Assembly (NCBI GenBank): GCA_019058295.1
Contig: JAHPZI010000026.1
Span: 1-64,000 of the forward strand
Direction: 5' to 3'
DNA length: 64,000 nucleotides
Source of the DNA: Promethearchaeota archaeon
Lineage (GTDB): Archaea; Asgardarchaeota; Lokiarchaeia; Sigyniarchaeales; SOKP01
The first letter of the stretch is position 1. Each line of letters opens with the position of its first letter. The notes under the pieces are model-generated. The model was given only the letters and a program-made list of their open reading frames with translations, was not told the DNA's origin and searched no databases. This document shows positions 1 through 9,970 of this stretch, one piece after another. A program made the translations under genes and the position numbers.

Positions 1-144
1 AATTATAGAAATACAGTTCAATGGATTTTTATGCTTTTACTTCCTTTGATACTGTAACTTTTTATTTTATTACTTTTTCATTTATTTTAAAGAAGAAATA
101 TAAAATATTTCTGTATTATAAAAGCTACATTCCTTTAGTTTATT

Positions 145-1377
145 TTATCCATCTTTTATTCCTTCTTCTGTTATAGCGAATACTGCTTCGCTCTCTGGGA
201 GCGATGGCGAATCAACAATTTTAGCGACTCTCTGTTCTCCTTTTCCTTTTCTAAGATAGACCCTAATAGTGCTGCCGTGAGCCACTACATTACCACCAGC
301 TGCCCGTAAGGGATTTCCATAAAAAACATCTGGCTTCGATTGTACCTGATTAGTGACAACTATTGCTAATTCAGGATAAATATCGCATAATCGGAGTAAG
401 TCATGGAGATGTTGATTTATTAGCTGCTGCCGATTTGCTAACGTTCCACGTCCTATGTATTCGCTTCTGAAATGACCAATTAAGCTGTCAACAATAATCA
501 GCTTAATATTCTTCTCTTTAATGATATTTGCAGCCTCTTTAATTAATAGAATTTGATGATCTGAGTTATAAGCACGCCCAAAAACGATGTTTTTCAACAC
601 TTTTTGATAATCCAAATCCTTTGCTTCTGACATTTGAATTATTCTTTCGGGTCTAAATGTTCCTTCTGTATCAATATATAAAGCATTGCCTTCAATCCCT
701 CCTTGTTCTCTAGGTAATTGAACATTAACGCATAATTGATGGCAGATCTGAGTCTTTCCTGTCCTAAACTCTCCAAAGAATTCGATTACACTACCTGTTT
801 CGATGCCAGATCCTAGTAAATCATCCAATTCCTGACTACTTGTAGTAATTCGAGCGATATTCTTTCTGCGCTCCCATATATCCTCGGCAGATTTGAATCC
901 AATTCCTAACCGTTCCATTGAAGCCTTGATAAGCTTCGCCGTAGTTTTCTCTCCAAGCCCTGAATCGTTAATTATAATATTTGGAGGAGTATATGCTATT
1001 GATTCAAGACTATTAAATCCAGATTTTATAAGTTTATTAAGAGTAGCTTCTCCGACTCCTGGAAGGCTCTTTACTGCTTTTATGCACTCTTCTATGTCTT
1101 CTGAAGCATAAATTTCCTCTTCAAGATCTTCCTCTTCGTTAAGTTGTTCCAATTCATCGAAGGCTTCAATTAATTCTTGGTCGTCGTCATAATCTTCAAT
1201 ATCATCTTCTAATATTTCTTCCTCTGCCTCATCATCTTTTTCTCCTATGTTTACATCTTCAGCATCGTCATCTTGAGCATATTTTAGATGGTCTTTATAG
1301 ATCTTCCCTTTTATATGCGTTCTATTACATTCAGCGCAAAAATAGCCCCCATTTTTTATTTCTACTGCTTTTGCCAT
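145..1377 (-). CDS. radA: DNA repair/recombination protein RadA with N-terminal Zn-finger-like motif and acidic extension
   Basis: HhH domain (LPGVGEAT), Walker A GEFRTGKTQ, YIDTEGTFRPER, IIVDS, VTNQV, LRKGKG; ~95 extra N-terminal residues. Confidence 0.97.
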   Translation of the reverse strand: MAKAVEIKNGGYFCAECNRTHIKGKIYKDHLKYAQDDDAEDVNIGEKDDEAEEEILEDDIEDYDDDQELIEAFDELEQLNEEEDLEEEIYASEDIEECIKAVKSLPGVGEATLNKLIKSGFNSLESIAYTPPNIIINDSGLGEKTTAKLIKASMERLGIGFKSAEDIWERRKNIARITTSSQELDDLLGSGIETGSVIEFFGEFRTGKTQICHQLCVNVQLPREQGGIEGNALYIDTEGTFRPERIIQMSEAKDLDYQKVLKNIVFGRAYNSDHQILLIKEAANIIKEKNIKLIIVDSLIGHFRSEYIGRGTLANRQQLINQHLHDLLRLCDIYPELAIVVTNQVQSKPDVFYGNPLRAAGGNVVAHGSTIRVYLRKGKGEQRVAKIVDSPSLPESEAVFAITEEGIKDG

Positions 1378-1598
1378 AATTAATCACATAATAAATTTTT
1401 AGTTCCATTTCTAATTATGTTATATGTAGAAAACCGCTTATTTTAAAAGCAATAGACTTAAAAATTTCTAATTTCTATTATATTTTTTTTCATAGAATAA
1501 TAAAAAAAGAGACTTTTTCAATATTCTTTAAATTTATTTTTTAATGCTGGTTTGTTGGATAAAGAAGTCTTGAGTTTAAAAAGAATTCAAATAAACTC

Positions 1599-1976
1599 TT
1601 ACATTAAATTTTTTATCTGTTCGCTAACTTTTCTTAGCTCTATAAAGCATGTATCCATACGAGCATCAACATCAAGACACACACATATAATGAGCTCTTC
1701 ACCCGCTTCCATGATTGCGAAATTGCCCTCGTTGCCTTGAAGGATACAGACGTCTAAAGTTCCTGATTTCAATTCGAGGAGTACTCGTTCAGATACACTT
1801 AAAATTGTCGCCGTCATGGCTGCTAATCTAATATCTGAGATACCTTCTTCCAGTATAGCTTGTATAATAAGACCCTCGGCTGAAACTACGGCAGAACTCT
1901 TCACTCCTTCAATATTATCATGGAGTGTCTGAAGCAAAAATCTCAATTGCTCATCGCTCGTTGGTAAACACCTCAA
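1599..1976 (-). CDS. Roadblock/LC7 domain protein (start uncertain; probably ACG at 1961)
   Basis: GVKSSAVVSAEGLII...LAAMTATIL..SER...EL..G.L pattern, ~120 aa. Confidence 0.9.
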   Translation of the reverse strand: MRCLPTSDEQLRFLLQTLHDNIEGVKSSAVVSAEGLIIQAILEEGISDIRLAAMTATILSVSERVLLELKSGTLDVCILQGNEGNFAIMEAGEELIICVCLDVDARMDTCFIELRKVSEQIKNLM

Positions 1977-2010
1977 CTCTCAATTGCTCATCGCTAATTG
2001 GTAAACACCT
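1941..2010 (-). repeat. Tandem 33-bp direct repeat (period 37) covering the roadblock RBS and first codons
   Basis: 1941-1973 tctcaattgctcatcgctcgttggtaaacacct vs 1978-2010 tctcaattgctcatcgctaattggtaaacacct, 31/33 identical. Confidence 0.95.
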
Positions 2011-2218
2011 AAAGAAAATCTCTTGATATTGTTTATATTCGATCTTAAAGCAAGTTTTAAAGACTTGCTATATTATTTAATTATTTAAGAGTTCAATTAA
2101 TTATTTATAAAATAATCATTATCTAATTTAAAACTATAGATAATCATTTATATGAATATAATTATTAAAATATAGCCTTGTAAAAAAAATTATTAATTTT
2201 ATGATCGGTGAGATTTAA

Positions 2219-3454
2219 TTGAGTTTAAGATTAAAATTTGAATATTATCCAAAAATAGATAGTGCTCTACTTAAGGATGCATATAAATTCATCCAAGAGA
2301 ATAAAGAGAAATGGGATACTCCTTTCTTTACTGATACAAAATCTCATATAGACGTAGAAAAAATTCAAAATACGACTAAACATGTTATAAATAAAAATTT
2401 AAGAAATGTTATTGTTTTAGGAACAGGGGGGTCAATTCAAACTTTGTTGGCAATAAAACATTTAGCTATGAAAAAGATTTATCCTATAACGAGTTCACGA
2501 GCAGTTGAGTTAAATAAATGTTTAAATGAGACAAATCCGGAAGATTCTATTGTGATTCCTATTTCTAGAGGTGGGGAAACACTAGATATAAATTCTACTA
2601 TAGGAACTTTTCTTAAGGAGGGTTATAAATTTATTGGTCTTTCTTCAATGGGTACTATGAATGAAATATTAAAAAAAATAAACTGTCCTATTTTAGATGT
2701 TCCCGATTTGTCAGGTCGATATGCTGGTTCTATGTCCAACGTAGGAATTGTTCCTGCGTATCTCTCAGGTATTAATATTGAAGATTATATAAGGGGATTA
2801 GAAGAAGGATATACTTTATACATGAACTCTGAGAACAATATTGCATTAGAATTTTCATGTTATCTTTTTAATTTATATAAAAAAGGGTATAAAGTAGTAT
2901 TTTCTATGCCATATTCAAAGAACCTTGAAGAAAGTGTGGGATTATTTGTTCAATGTATATCAGAAAGTACAGGCAAAGATGGGAAAGGTTTGATGGGCAC
3001 ATTCCAATCTGCGCCTTTATGTCAACATTCAGTACTGGAGTATCTCTTAGGAGGCACTAAAGGTGCTACAATTCCTATTTTATGGACTATTAGAAATGAG
3101 CATCCAGATTTAACGCTAGAATCTTCTATTAACTACATTAACGGTGAAAACGCACAGAATATTGTAAATTACCAGGCAGATGCGACATTCCAAGCATTAA
3201 TCAAACAAAGCGTGCCTTCTGCTAAAATCTCAATTGATACTCCTAAAGAAATTGTCATTGGGCATTTGATCTCTTTTATCCTATCCACGATATACTATCT
3301 TTGTATCTTGTTTGGTGTGAATTGGGCAAATAATCCAAAAGTTGTTATTGGAAAGAAAATCTGCAATGAAGCTTTAAAGGATAAAGTTCCTTCTGAAGAA
3401 AGAGAAAAAATAAGAAAAAAAATAGCCGACGATATTTTTAGAAATTTTTTCTAA
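2219..3454 (+). CDS. pgi: Glucose-6-phosphate isomerase-like (double SIS domain) protein
   Basis: GTGGS, ISRGGET, SGRY, ESTGKDG, QHS motifs; TTG start after GGTG SD. Confidence 0.75.
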   Translation: MSLRLKFEYYPKIDSALLKDAYKFIQENKEKWDTPFFTDTKSHIDVEKIQNTTKHVINKNLRNVIVLGTGGSIQTLLAIKHLAMKKIYPITSSRAVELNKCLNETNPEDSIVIPISRGGETLDINSTIGTFLKEGYKFIGLSSMGTMNEILKKINCPILDVPDLSGRYAGSMSNVGIVPAYLSGINIEDYIRGLEEGYTLYMNSENNIALEFSCYLFNLYKKGYKVVFSMPYSKNLEESVGLFVQCISESTGKDGKGLMGTFQSAPLCQHSVLEYLLGGTKGATIPILWTIRNEHPDLTLESSINYINGENAQNIVNYQADATFQALIKQSVPSAKISIDTPKEIVIGHLISFILSTIYYLCILFGVNWANNPKVVIGKKICNEALKDKVPSEEREKIRKKIADDIFRNFF

Positions 3455-3488
3455 TCTTTTTTTGTTATAAAATTTAATTTTATTAGTT

Positions 3489-4928
3489 CTAATTTTGGTG
3501 GATGAAAGCAGTATACAAAACATTTACCGCTTTTTTACAATCTTTCCTTTCAATTATGAACGTTATATTCAACTCCGATGATCCTTGAGCAATTGCTCTT
3601 ACGTTTATATTATTATTACCCATTGTAGTAAAAACTTTTCCAGCAATACCAGGTGTTTGAAGCATTCCCGCACCAATTACAGCAATTAAAGAAATATCAT
3701 TATCAATTTTTATGGAAAACCACTGTTTACCAAAAAATTCAGAATTTCTTAATAAAAAGCTTACTTTCATTGAATCTTCTAAATCAATTCCAAATGTAAT
3801 ATTATTTTCCGAAGAACTTTGCGATATAAATTTAATATTTACATTATTATCACCAAGAAGTGAAAATAATTTTGATACTGTACCGTGTAAAGATATCATA
3901 GTCCCACTTTCAATTGTTACCATTGTCAGTCTTTCGATTGAGGTAATGGCTTTAATTTTTTTATCGTCCTTAACAATCTCTTTAGTAATAGTCGTAAATT
4001 CGTTTGTTTCTGGATTATTAAAATCTCTAATTTCTGATGGAATATCTCTTTTTTCGTTAACATCAAGACATACAGGATGTAGTACTTTTGAGCCAAAAAA
4101 AGCTAATTCCTTTGCTTCAATGTAAGATATTTGCCTTAATAGATCTGTTTTATCTGAAATTTTAGGATCAGCATTTAAAAATCCTTTAACATCTTTCCAG
4201 TAAATGACCTTAGTGTTATATTTTGGCATTAAACAAAAAGCCAAAATTGCTGCAGTTAAATCCGTTCCTCCACGACCTAAAGTTGTAATTTTTTTATTTT
4301 TAGTTGACCCATAATACCCTGTCACACAAATTAGATCAATTAAATCTGAATCTAATATTGGAACTATTTTTTTCTCAACTAATTCTTGACACTCGTCTAA
4401 GATTGGGAGGGCATTACCAAAGTTTTCGTCAGTAATGATAATCTCATCAGATGATATAAATTGAGATTTAAGATCTTTATCAATTGAATTAAAATATTGA
4501 GAGAAAATAAAAGTGCTTAGTCTTTCTCCATAAGATACTATTATATCTTGAATATCCATACTCGGTCTCAATAAACGAACAATTCGTCCTAATTGACTTA
4601 ATTCTTCAATATTATCGTCTAAGAAATCCAATGTATCATTATATTCAAGTTTAGTTTCATCAATGATCTCATCGATTATTTTTTTATGAATATTGTAAAT
4701 ATTTTCTATGATAAAATCACATTCAGTAGCTTCTTCACACGATTTTGTATAAAAATCTATAAGTTTATCGGTTATCCCTTTTATAGCGGATGTTACTATT
4801 ATTAATTTTTGATTCAAGTATTTTTTTATAATTTGAGTTGTTTTTTCAAATGACTTAGTATCTTGTAAGCACGAACCACCAAATTTCATTACAATAAGGT
4901 CTTTTTTTTTAATCGTCAATTTAAACAC
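3489..4928 (-). CDS. lysC: Aspartate kinase with two ACT domains
   Basis: KFGGS, SYGERLS, TLGRGGTDLTA, DVKGFLNADP, FGSKVLHP, ISQSSSE, AQGSSE; real start likely TTG a few codons in. Confidence 0.95.
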   Translation of the reverse strand: MFKLTIKKKDLIVMKFGGSCLQDTKSFEKTTQIIKKYLNQKLIIVTSAIKGITDKLIDFYTKSCEEATECDFIIENIYNIHKKIIDEIIDETKLEYNDTLDFLDDNIEELSQLGRIVRLLRPSMDIQDIIVSYGERLSTFIFSQYFNSIDKDLKSQFISSDEIIITDENFGNALPILDECQELVEKKIVPILDSDLIDLICVTGYYGSTKNKKITTLGRGGTDLTAAILAFCLMPKYNTKVIYWKDVKGFLNADPKISDKTDLLRQISYIEAKELAFFGSKVLHPVCLDVNEKRDIPSEIRDFNNPETNEFTTITKEIVKDDKKIKAITSIERLTMVTIESGTMISLHGTVSKLFSLLGDNNVNIKFISQSSSENNITFGIDLEDSMKVSFLLRNSEFFGKQWFSIKIDNDISLIAVIGAGMLQTPGIAGKVFTTMGNNNINVRAIAQGSSELNITFIIERKDCKKAVNVLYTAFIHQN

Positions 4929-5070
4929 CAGTTAAGTATCTTATAATAATAATCAATAAGAAACAAAGTAAATAGATTTTTTTATAAATCATTAAAAAAG
5001 AATGGAAAAAAAAAAGAATTTAGAAATTAATTCTTTTTTATAATAAATAGGAAAAAAAAAAATATTTTCG

Positions 5071-5862
5071 ATGAAGTTAAGTATAATTATTCCTTGCTAT
5101 AATGAAGAATCTACTCTTAAAAAATTATTAGAGCATCTATTTAAGATTCAATTTCCTATAGAAAGAGAGATTATTGTTATTGATGATGGATCTGTAAGAA
5201 ATCATAAAGATTTTATTAAAGAAGAGATAAATTCAAATAAAATTAAATTCATAAGGTTACCTCAAAATCAAGGAAAAGGATTTGCAATTAGAGTTGGATT
5301 AAAATTCGCTTCTGGTGATGTTTTTATAAATCAGGATGCTGATTTTGAATATATTCCTTCCGATATACCTAAGCTATTAAATCCAATATTAAAAAATAAA
5401 GCTAATGTAGTTTATGGCACAAGATTTGCTACAAGACCAAAATTTATGTCTAAGTCCCATTATTTAGCGAATATAGTTCTAACAAAAATAGCCAATTTCA
5501 TATATCATACTAATTTAACAGATATGGAAACAGGGTACAAATTATTTACTAAGAAAGTCTTAAGTACAATTAAACTTAACGCTCGACAATTTGAATTTGA
5601 CCCAGAAATTACATCTAAAATAATTTTAAGTGGCTTTAAAATTCATGAAATACCGATTCAATATAAATATCGTGATTTTAATGACTCTAAAATCAATTGG
5701 CTTGATGGAGTTGAGTGTTTATTTATTCTTCTTCAACAAAGATTTTGTCCAAAATCAAATTTTTATCAATTTATATATAAAATCTTTAAATATCACTTTA
5801 AAAAAATCATTCTTAAATTAACAAAATTTATAGCTAAATTTGTTTATATGCGTCGAATTTAA
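5071..5862 (+). CDS. GT2 glycosyltransferase (polyprenol-phosphate glycosyltransferase, DPM1-like)
   Basis: IIIPCYNEE, IDDGS, NQGKG, QDADFEY, VYGTRF, TDMETGYK. Confidence 0.92.
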   Translation: MKLSIIIPCYNEESTLKKLLEHLFKIQFPIEREIIVIDDGSVRNHKDFIKEEINSNKIKFIRLPQNQGKGFAIRVGLKFASGDVFINQDADFEYIPSDIPKLLNPILKNKANVVYGTRFATRPKFMSKSHYLANIVLTKIANFIYHTNLTDMETGYKLFTKKVLSTIKLNARQFEFDPEITSKIILSGFKIHEIPIQYKYRDFNDSKINWLDGVECLFILLQQRFCPKSNFYQFIYKIFKYHFKKIILKLTKFIAKFVYMRRI

Positions 5863-5863
5863 T

Positions 5864-7240
5864 TCATTTTAAACTATCAATAAATCTATTCAAAAGAGCC
5901 CAAAAATGCTTAAGTGATTGAATTTCTTTAAGAATTCCAATAATAATTTTAGGTCTAAGATAGAACTCAAGATAGGCTCTTCTTTGAATATTTTTCATCA
6001 TCTTTCGAGTCATACCATCTGGGACATATCCCACATCATGCACAAAAAAGTGGTCATAGTTGATTTTTTTCATTCCCTTATCCATTAATTCCTTATAAAG
6101 CTCGGATCCAGGCAACGGCATAAAATTATTAAATTGAGCTCTATTAATGTTTACTAATTTTGATAATCCAATAGTTTGAAGCATTTCATATTTAGTTTCT
6201 CCAGGTATTCCAAACATAAAAAAGCCTGTAGTTTTTATATTGATATTATTAAAAATTTTCATTTTTTCTATAATTTTCTTAATTGAAAGATGTTTTTTTG
6301 TAATATTATGTATACGCTGAGAGCCAAATTCAAGGCCTAATGCCAAAGAATGGCACCCTGATCTCTCCATAAGTTTTAACCCATCTTCATCTAGGGTATC
6401 AATCCTCACGCCTGAAGGACAACTCCATGTGATATTCATCTTTAATTTTATTAGAGTTTCACAAAATTCCGTTAAAAGTTTCTTGAATAAAGTGAAGTTT
6501 TCGTCTTCTATTAAAAAATCTCTTACTCCATAATTTTTTTTCAAAAACTTCATCTCCTTAATCACATTTTCTATAGATCTTTTTCTAATTCGACGTGTGG
6601 TAACTGCTTTACCAGCACAAAAAGTACATTCCATTGGACAACCTCTTGTTATAATTATCGGAGCTGTGGGGAAGCTTTTGAAGAATCCACCATGGGGCAT
6701 TGGGGGGTAATTTCTTGGATCCATTAAATCCCAAGCTGGAAATGGAATAATATCGAGATCTTCAACTATTTCTATTGGATTAATTATTATTTTGTTTCCT
6801 TTCCGCCATATTAGATTTGGTACTTCTTGGAAATTTGGATTATTTGATTGAAGCTGAGACAAGAGCTCAGGAAAAGCAATCTCTGCCTCACATATTAAAG
6901 CAAAATCCGCTCTTGGAAAATCTTTTAATATTTCTTCATGAACTCCTGAGGGGTGATAACCACCAAGAACTATAATCGTATCCGGTTGAAATTTTCTTAT
7001 GATCTTTATATGCTTTCTTGTGGGAGTTACATCAAAGGTAAACATCTGAATGCCAATTAGATCAAAATCATTATTTTTAATGTAATTTTGAAAATCACCA
7101 AATGTGAAATTTTTTTGAAGACAATGCAGTATTGTAACATCATGTCCAGATTCTCTTAAAACAGATGCATTATAACCAATGCCGAGACTTGGCATTATAA
7201 CATAACTTCTGTTTATTGGCATCATCAGCAAGATTTTCAT
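5864..7240 (-). CDS. Cobalamin-binding radical SAM protein (class B methyltransferase-like)
   Basis: N-terminal B12-binding region (PSLGIGY, LGGYHPS), TRGCPMECTFC, EDENF, GIPGET, PLPGSEL. Confidence 0.92.
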   Translation of the reverse strand: MKILLMMPINRSYVIMPSLGIGYNASVLRESGHDVTILHCLQKNFTFGDFQNYIKNNDFDLIGIQMFTFDVTPTRKHIKIIRKFQPDTIIVLGGYHPSGVHEEILKDFPRADFALICEAEIAFPELLSQLQSNNPNFQEVPNLIWRKGNKIIINPIEIVEDLDIIPFPAWDLMDPRNYPPMPHGGFFKSFPTAPIIITRGCPMECTFCAGKAVTTRRIRKRSIENVIKEMKFLKKNYGVRDFLIEDENFTLFKKLLTEFCETLIKLKMNITWSCPSGVRIDTLDEDGLKLMERSGCHSLALGLEFGSQRIHNITKKHLSIKKIIEKMKIFNNINIKTTGFFMFGIPGETKYEMLQTIGLSKLVNINRAQFNNFMPLPGSELYKELMDKGMKKINYDHFFVHDVGYVPDGMTRKMMKNIQRRAYLEFYLRPKIIIGILKEIQSLKHFWALLNRFIDSLK

Positions 7241-7461
7241 TTTAGTGATCCATTGGCAATTTTATTTCCTAGTAAAATATGGTAATCTTGTTTAAATTTA
7301 AAAATATAGGTTTTTAAATTAAGTTTCTGTGAATATTTGATTTTCTATTAAAAAACAGATTAAAATCAATTGGTAAAATTCAATAAGTATAAATATTAAA
7401 TATATTTTGATATTTCAACTTAGAAATTATTGCAATATAAATAATAAAGAACCAAGAGAAA

Positions 7462-8460
7462 ATGAAAGAAATAACAAAGAGAATTTTGATCGGAATCTCT
7501 ACAATAATGTTAATTATTGTCATGATTCTCTATGTTGATATAAAGGAAATTCTAAATAATTTAAATAAAATTTCATTATTAGGTATATTCCTATTTATTC
7601 TGATTTATACAACCACATTTATTTTACGTTCATTTAAACTAAAACAGGTATATCACGGCTTAAATCTTAAATCTTCACTCTTAATATTATATTGTTCCTA
7701 TGGTGTTGGATTTGCCATTAATGAATTAACACCAGGTAAATTTGGGGACCTAGCAAGAATTGAATTTATACAACAAAAGGAAAAAGATATATCATTATCT
7801 AAGAGTCTTTGTGGTGTATCAATCGAGAGATTTATAGATTTACTAGTACTGTTTTCATTTATTAGTTTAGTTACTATTTATTTATATTTAAATAAATTCA
7901 AGGGAACTTCCAATCTAAACTTACATATTTATTTAGGTATTGGTGCACTTATCCTATGTGGAGCCATAGTGATGTTAATTTTACTTTTTTTCACATCTGA
8001 TTGGATATTAAATATTATTGGTAAGATTTCTTCAAAGTTTAAGCATAGATTGGAGCTTTTTCTTGAGAATTTTTTGAACGGAGTAAATGAATTTAGAAAA
8101 AATAAGAAAAGTTTAATTAAAGTTATTATCTTGAGTTTTCCAACATGGTTTTTAGATACACTTACTCTCGTGCTTCTTTTTTATTTAATTGGATATGAAA
8201 TTCATATATTCATAATTATAATGGCTCAAATAATAGTATTCTTTACAAAAGCATTTCCAATTACCCCCGGTGGATGGATTATTTCGGAAAATGTAGGTTC
8301 CTTATTAATTTTTTTATTTTATCCATCAATTCCTTATAATATTATTTTATCTATTTTTATTTTGGATCATTTAATAAGATCAGCCTATATATTTGTTTAT
8401 GGAGTATTTTCTTCTGTTGGTTTTAATTTTAAATTTGAAAAAATGACAAAACAGATTTAA
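7462..8460 (+). CDS. Flippase-like membrane protein (lysylphosphatidylglycerol synthase TM / UPF0104)
   Basis: N.LTPGKFGDLAR, SIERFID, PITPGG motifs; multiple TM helices. Confidence 0.88.
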   Translation: MKEITKRILIGISTIMLIIVMILYVDIKEILNNLNKISLLGIFLFILIYTTTFILRSFKLKQVYHGLNLKSSLLILYCSYGVGFAINELTPGKFGDLARIEFIQQKEKDISLSKSLCGVSIERFIDLLVLFSFISLVTIYLYLNKFKGTSNLNLHIYLGIGALILCGAIVMLILLFFTSDWILNIIGKISSKFKHRLELFLENFLNGVNEFRKNKKSLIKVIILSFPTWFLDTLTLVLLFYLIGYEIHIFIIIMAQIIVFFTKAFPITPGGWIISENVGSLLIFLFYPSIPYNIILSIFILDHLIRSAYIFVYGVFSSVGFNFKFEKMTKQI

Positions 8461-8518
8461 AGGAACCAAAACAGAATATATAGGATGGATTAAAGAGATT
8501 TTAGGACTTTAATTCATA

Positions 8519-8635
8519 TTAAAACAGGAGAATAATTACTAAAATTGATAATAATATTCCAATTAAGGAAAAAAATAATGCCATAAGAAGATTATCTACT
8601 TTTATCTCCCTTTTTATCAATCTTAAATTTAAATT
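8519..8635 (-). pseudogene. 3' remnant of a third GT-C paralogue
   Basis: Translates NLNLRLIKREIKVDNLLMALFFSLIGILLSILVIILLF*, aligning with the C-terminus KLNLGFIKREIIVNNHMLTFYLSFIGVFYSILIIIFYL* of 9971-11020. Confidence 0.8.
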
Positions 8636-8731
8636 GCTTAAGAGATTTATGTACTTATTTTAATAAGTTTAAGTTATTGATTACAATGAAAAAAACTCTG
8701 AATTAGTATAATAAAAAATATTTTCATTAAA

Positions 8732-9793
8732 TTAATAGATTGGAGTTTTAAAAATAAATATAATTATAATATATGATAAAAATACTCCAATAAATGACAA
8801 ATAAAAGGTCAGCAGATGATTATTTACTATTATTTTTTTTTTCATAAATTTTAAATTCAATTTAAACCTAAAAAATTCTCTCTCCTTTAAAATTCCGTAA
8901 AATATTATGGATTGAAACCATCGTAAATATGGCCAGCTGAAAAATAAATAAGTACCGAGCGCAACCATTGAAATTATGATTATTTCAAAAATATCAGAAT
9001 TTTTTAATCTAAATAAAAGAAATAAAATAAATATACATATAAAAGGAATTAATCTTATATATATAGGCACATAAGACCCTCTCTCATTCCACTCTGCTAA
9101 TGATTGATAATAGTAAGGTAAGTAAAAAAGGGGTAAAACTATAAAAATGAAAATTAATAACGGGATAATGGTAAGAGAAATTTTTAAATCTTTCCAGTCT
9201 TTTTCATATAGAAATTTAATAATAAGAAATCCTATTGCTGGTATGGTATAAAACTTAATACACATTGATAAACCTATAAAGATATAAAATAGATATCTCG
9301 CATAGATCTCTTTTTTTGGGTAAAATATCAATGCTAATAAGAAAAAGAAGAAGAAGAAAGAATCTGTAATATGATATCCGCAATTTTCTAAGCTAAAGGA
9401 ATTATTTAGAAACCAAAACGGATTTAGTAAAAATAAAGCAAATGCATATTTTGGATTATTAATGTTAAAACTTTTTATAACAAAATAGAACATAAAACAT
9501 GTCAATAAGTCCCAAAAAAAAGCCCAAAAAACAAAAACTTCAAACCTTCCAAAAGATAAAAACACAAATACCAAAATAAAAATTTGAGTCAGTATCGGAT
9601 AACCTCCCCATTGCTTAGAATAATTTAATTGAACATCTCCCCAAGATTTTTGAGGATTTAACATATGGAAATAATAATAATAAAATAACATAATTATTCT
9701 TGCCATAATACCTAAAAAAATAAAGATTAAAGCCTTTTTGGCAAAAATTTTATCCAGTATTCTTTTTTCTTCTATAATAACATCATTTTCCAT
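8732..9793 (-). CDS. Polytopic membrane protein, probable GT-C glycosyltransferase (GT87/PIG-M-like), paralogue 1
   Basis: WGD in first loop, WDLLT, LLNP, IKFYT; ~10 TM segments; next to GT2 and flippase. Confidence 0.65.
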   Translation of the reverse strand: MENDVIIEEKRILDKIFAKKALIFIFLGIMARIIMLFYYYYFHMLNPQKSWGDVQLNYSKQWGGYPILTQIFILVFVFLSFGRFEVFVFWAFFWDLLTCFMFYFVIKSFNINNPKYAFALFLLNPFWFLNNSFSLENCGYHITDSFFFFFFLLALIFYPKKEIYARYLFYIFIGLSMCIKFYTIPAIGFLIIKFLYEKDWKDLKISLTIIPLLIFIFIVLPLFYLPYYYQSLAEWNERGSYVPIYIRLIPFICIFILFLLFRLKNSDIFEIIIISMVALGTYLFFSWPYLRWFQSIIFYGILKEREFFRFKLNLKFMKKKIIVNNHLLTFYLSFIGVFLSYIIIIFIFKTPIY

Positions 9794-9970
9794 AAATATT
9801 CACCATAAAGAACATCTTATAAAGTTTTTTTTATTGAGAATCTATCCTAAATTTAATTTACTAAAGAAAATTCTGTATTTATTTTAACAAATTTAATTTA
9901 TTAAATCTAATGAAAAGAATTCTGAATTAGAAGTATAAAAAAAATCTCATTTAATTAATAGATTGAAGTT

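Noticed and set aside
1941-2010. Two 33-bp repeats as a mini CRISPR array
   Set aside because: Spacer is only 4 nt, the repeat is coding/RBS sequence, and no cas genes are present.
5864-7240. Radical SAM gene as the activase of the glycyl radical enzyme
   Set aside because: It has a B12-binding class B architecture, not the GRE-activase type, and sits in a glycosylation cluster.
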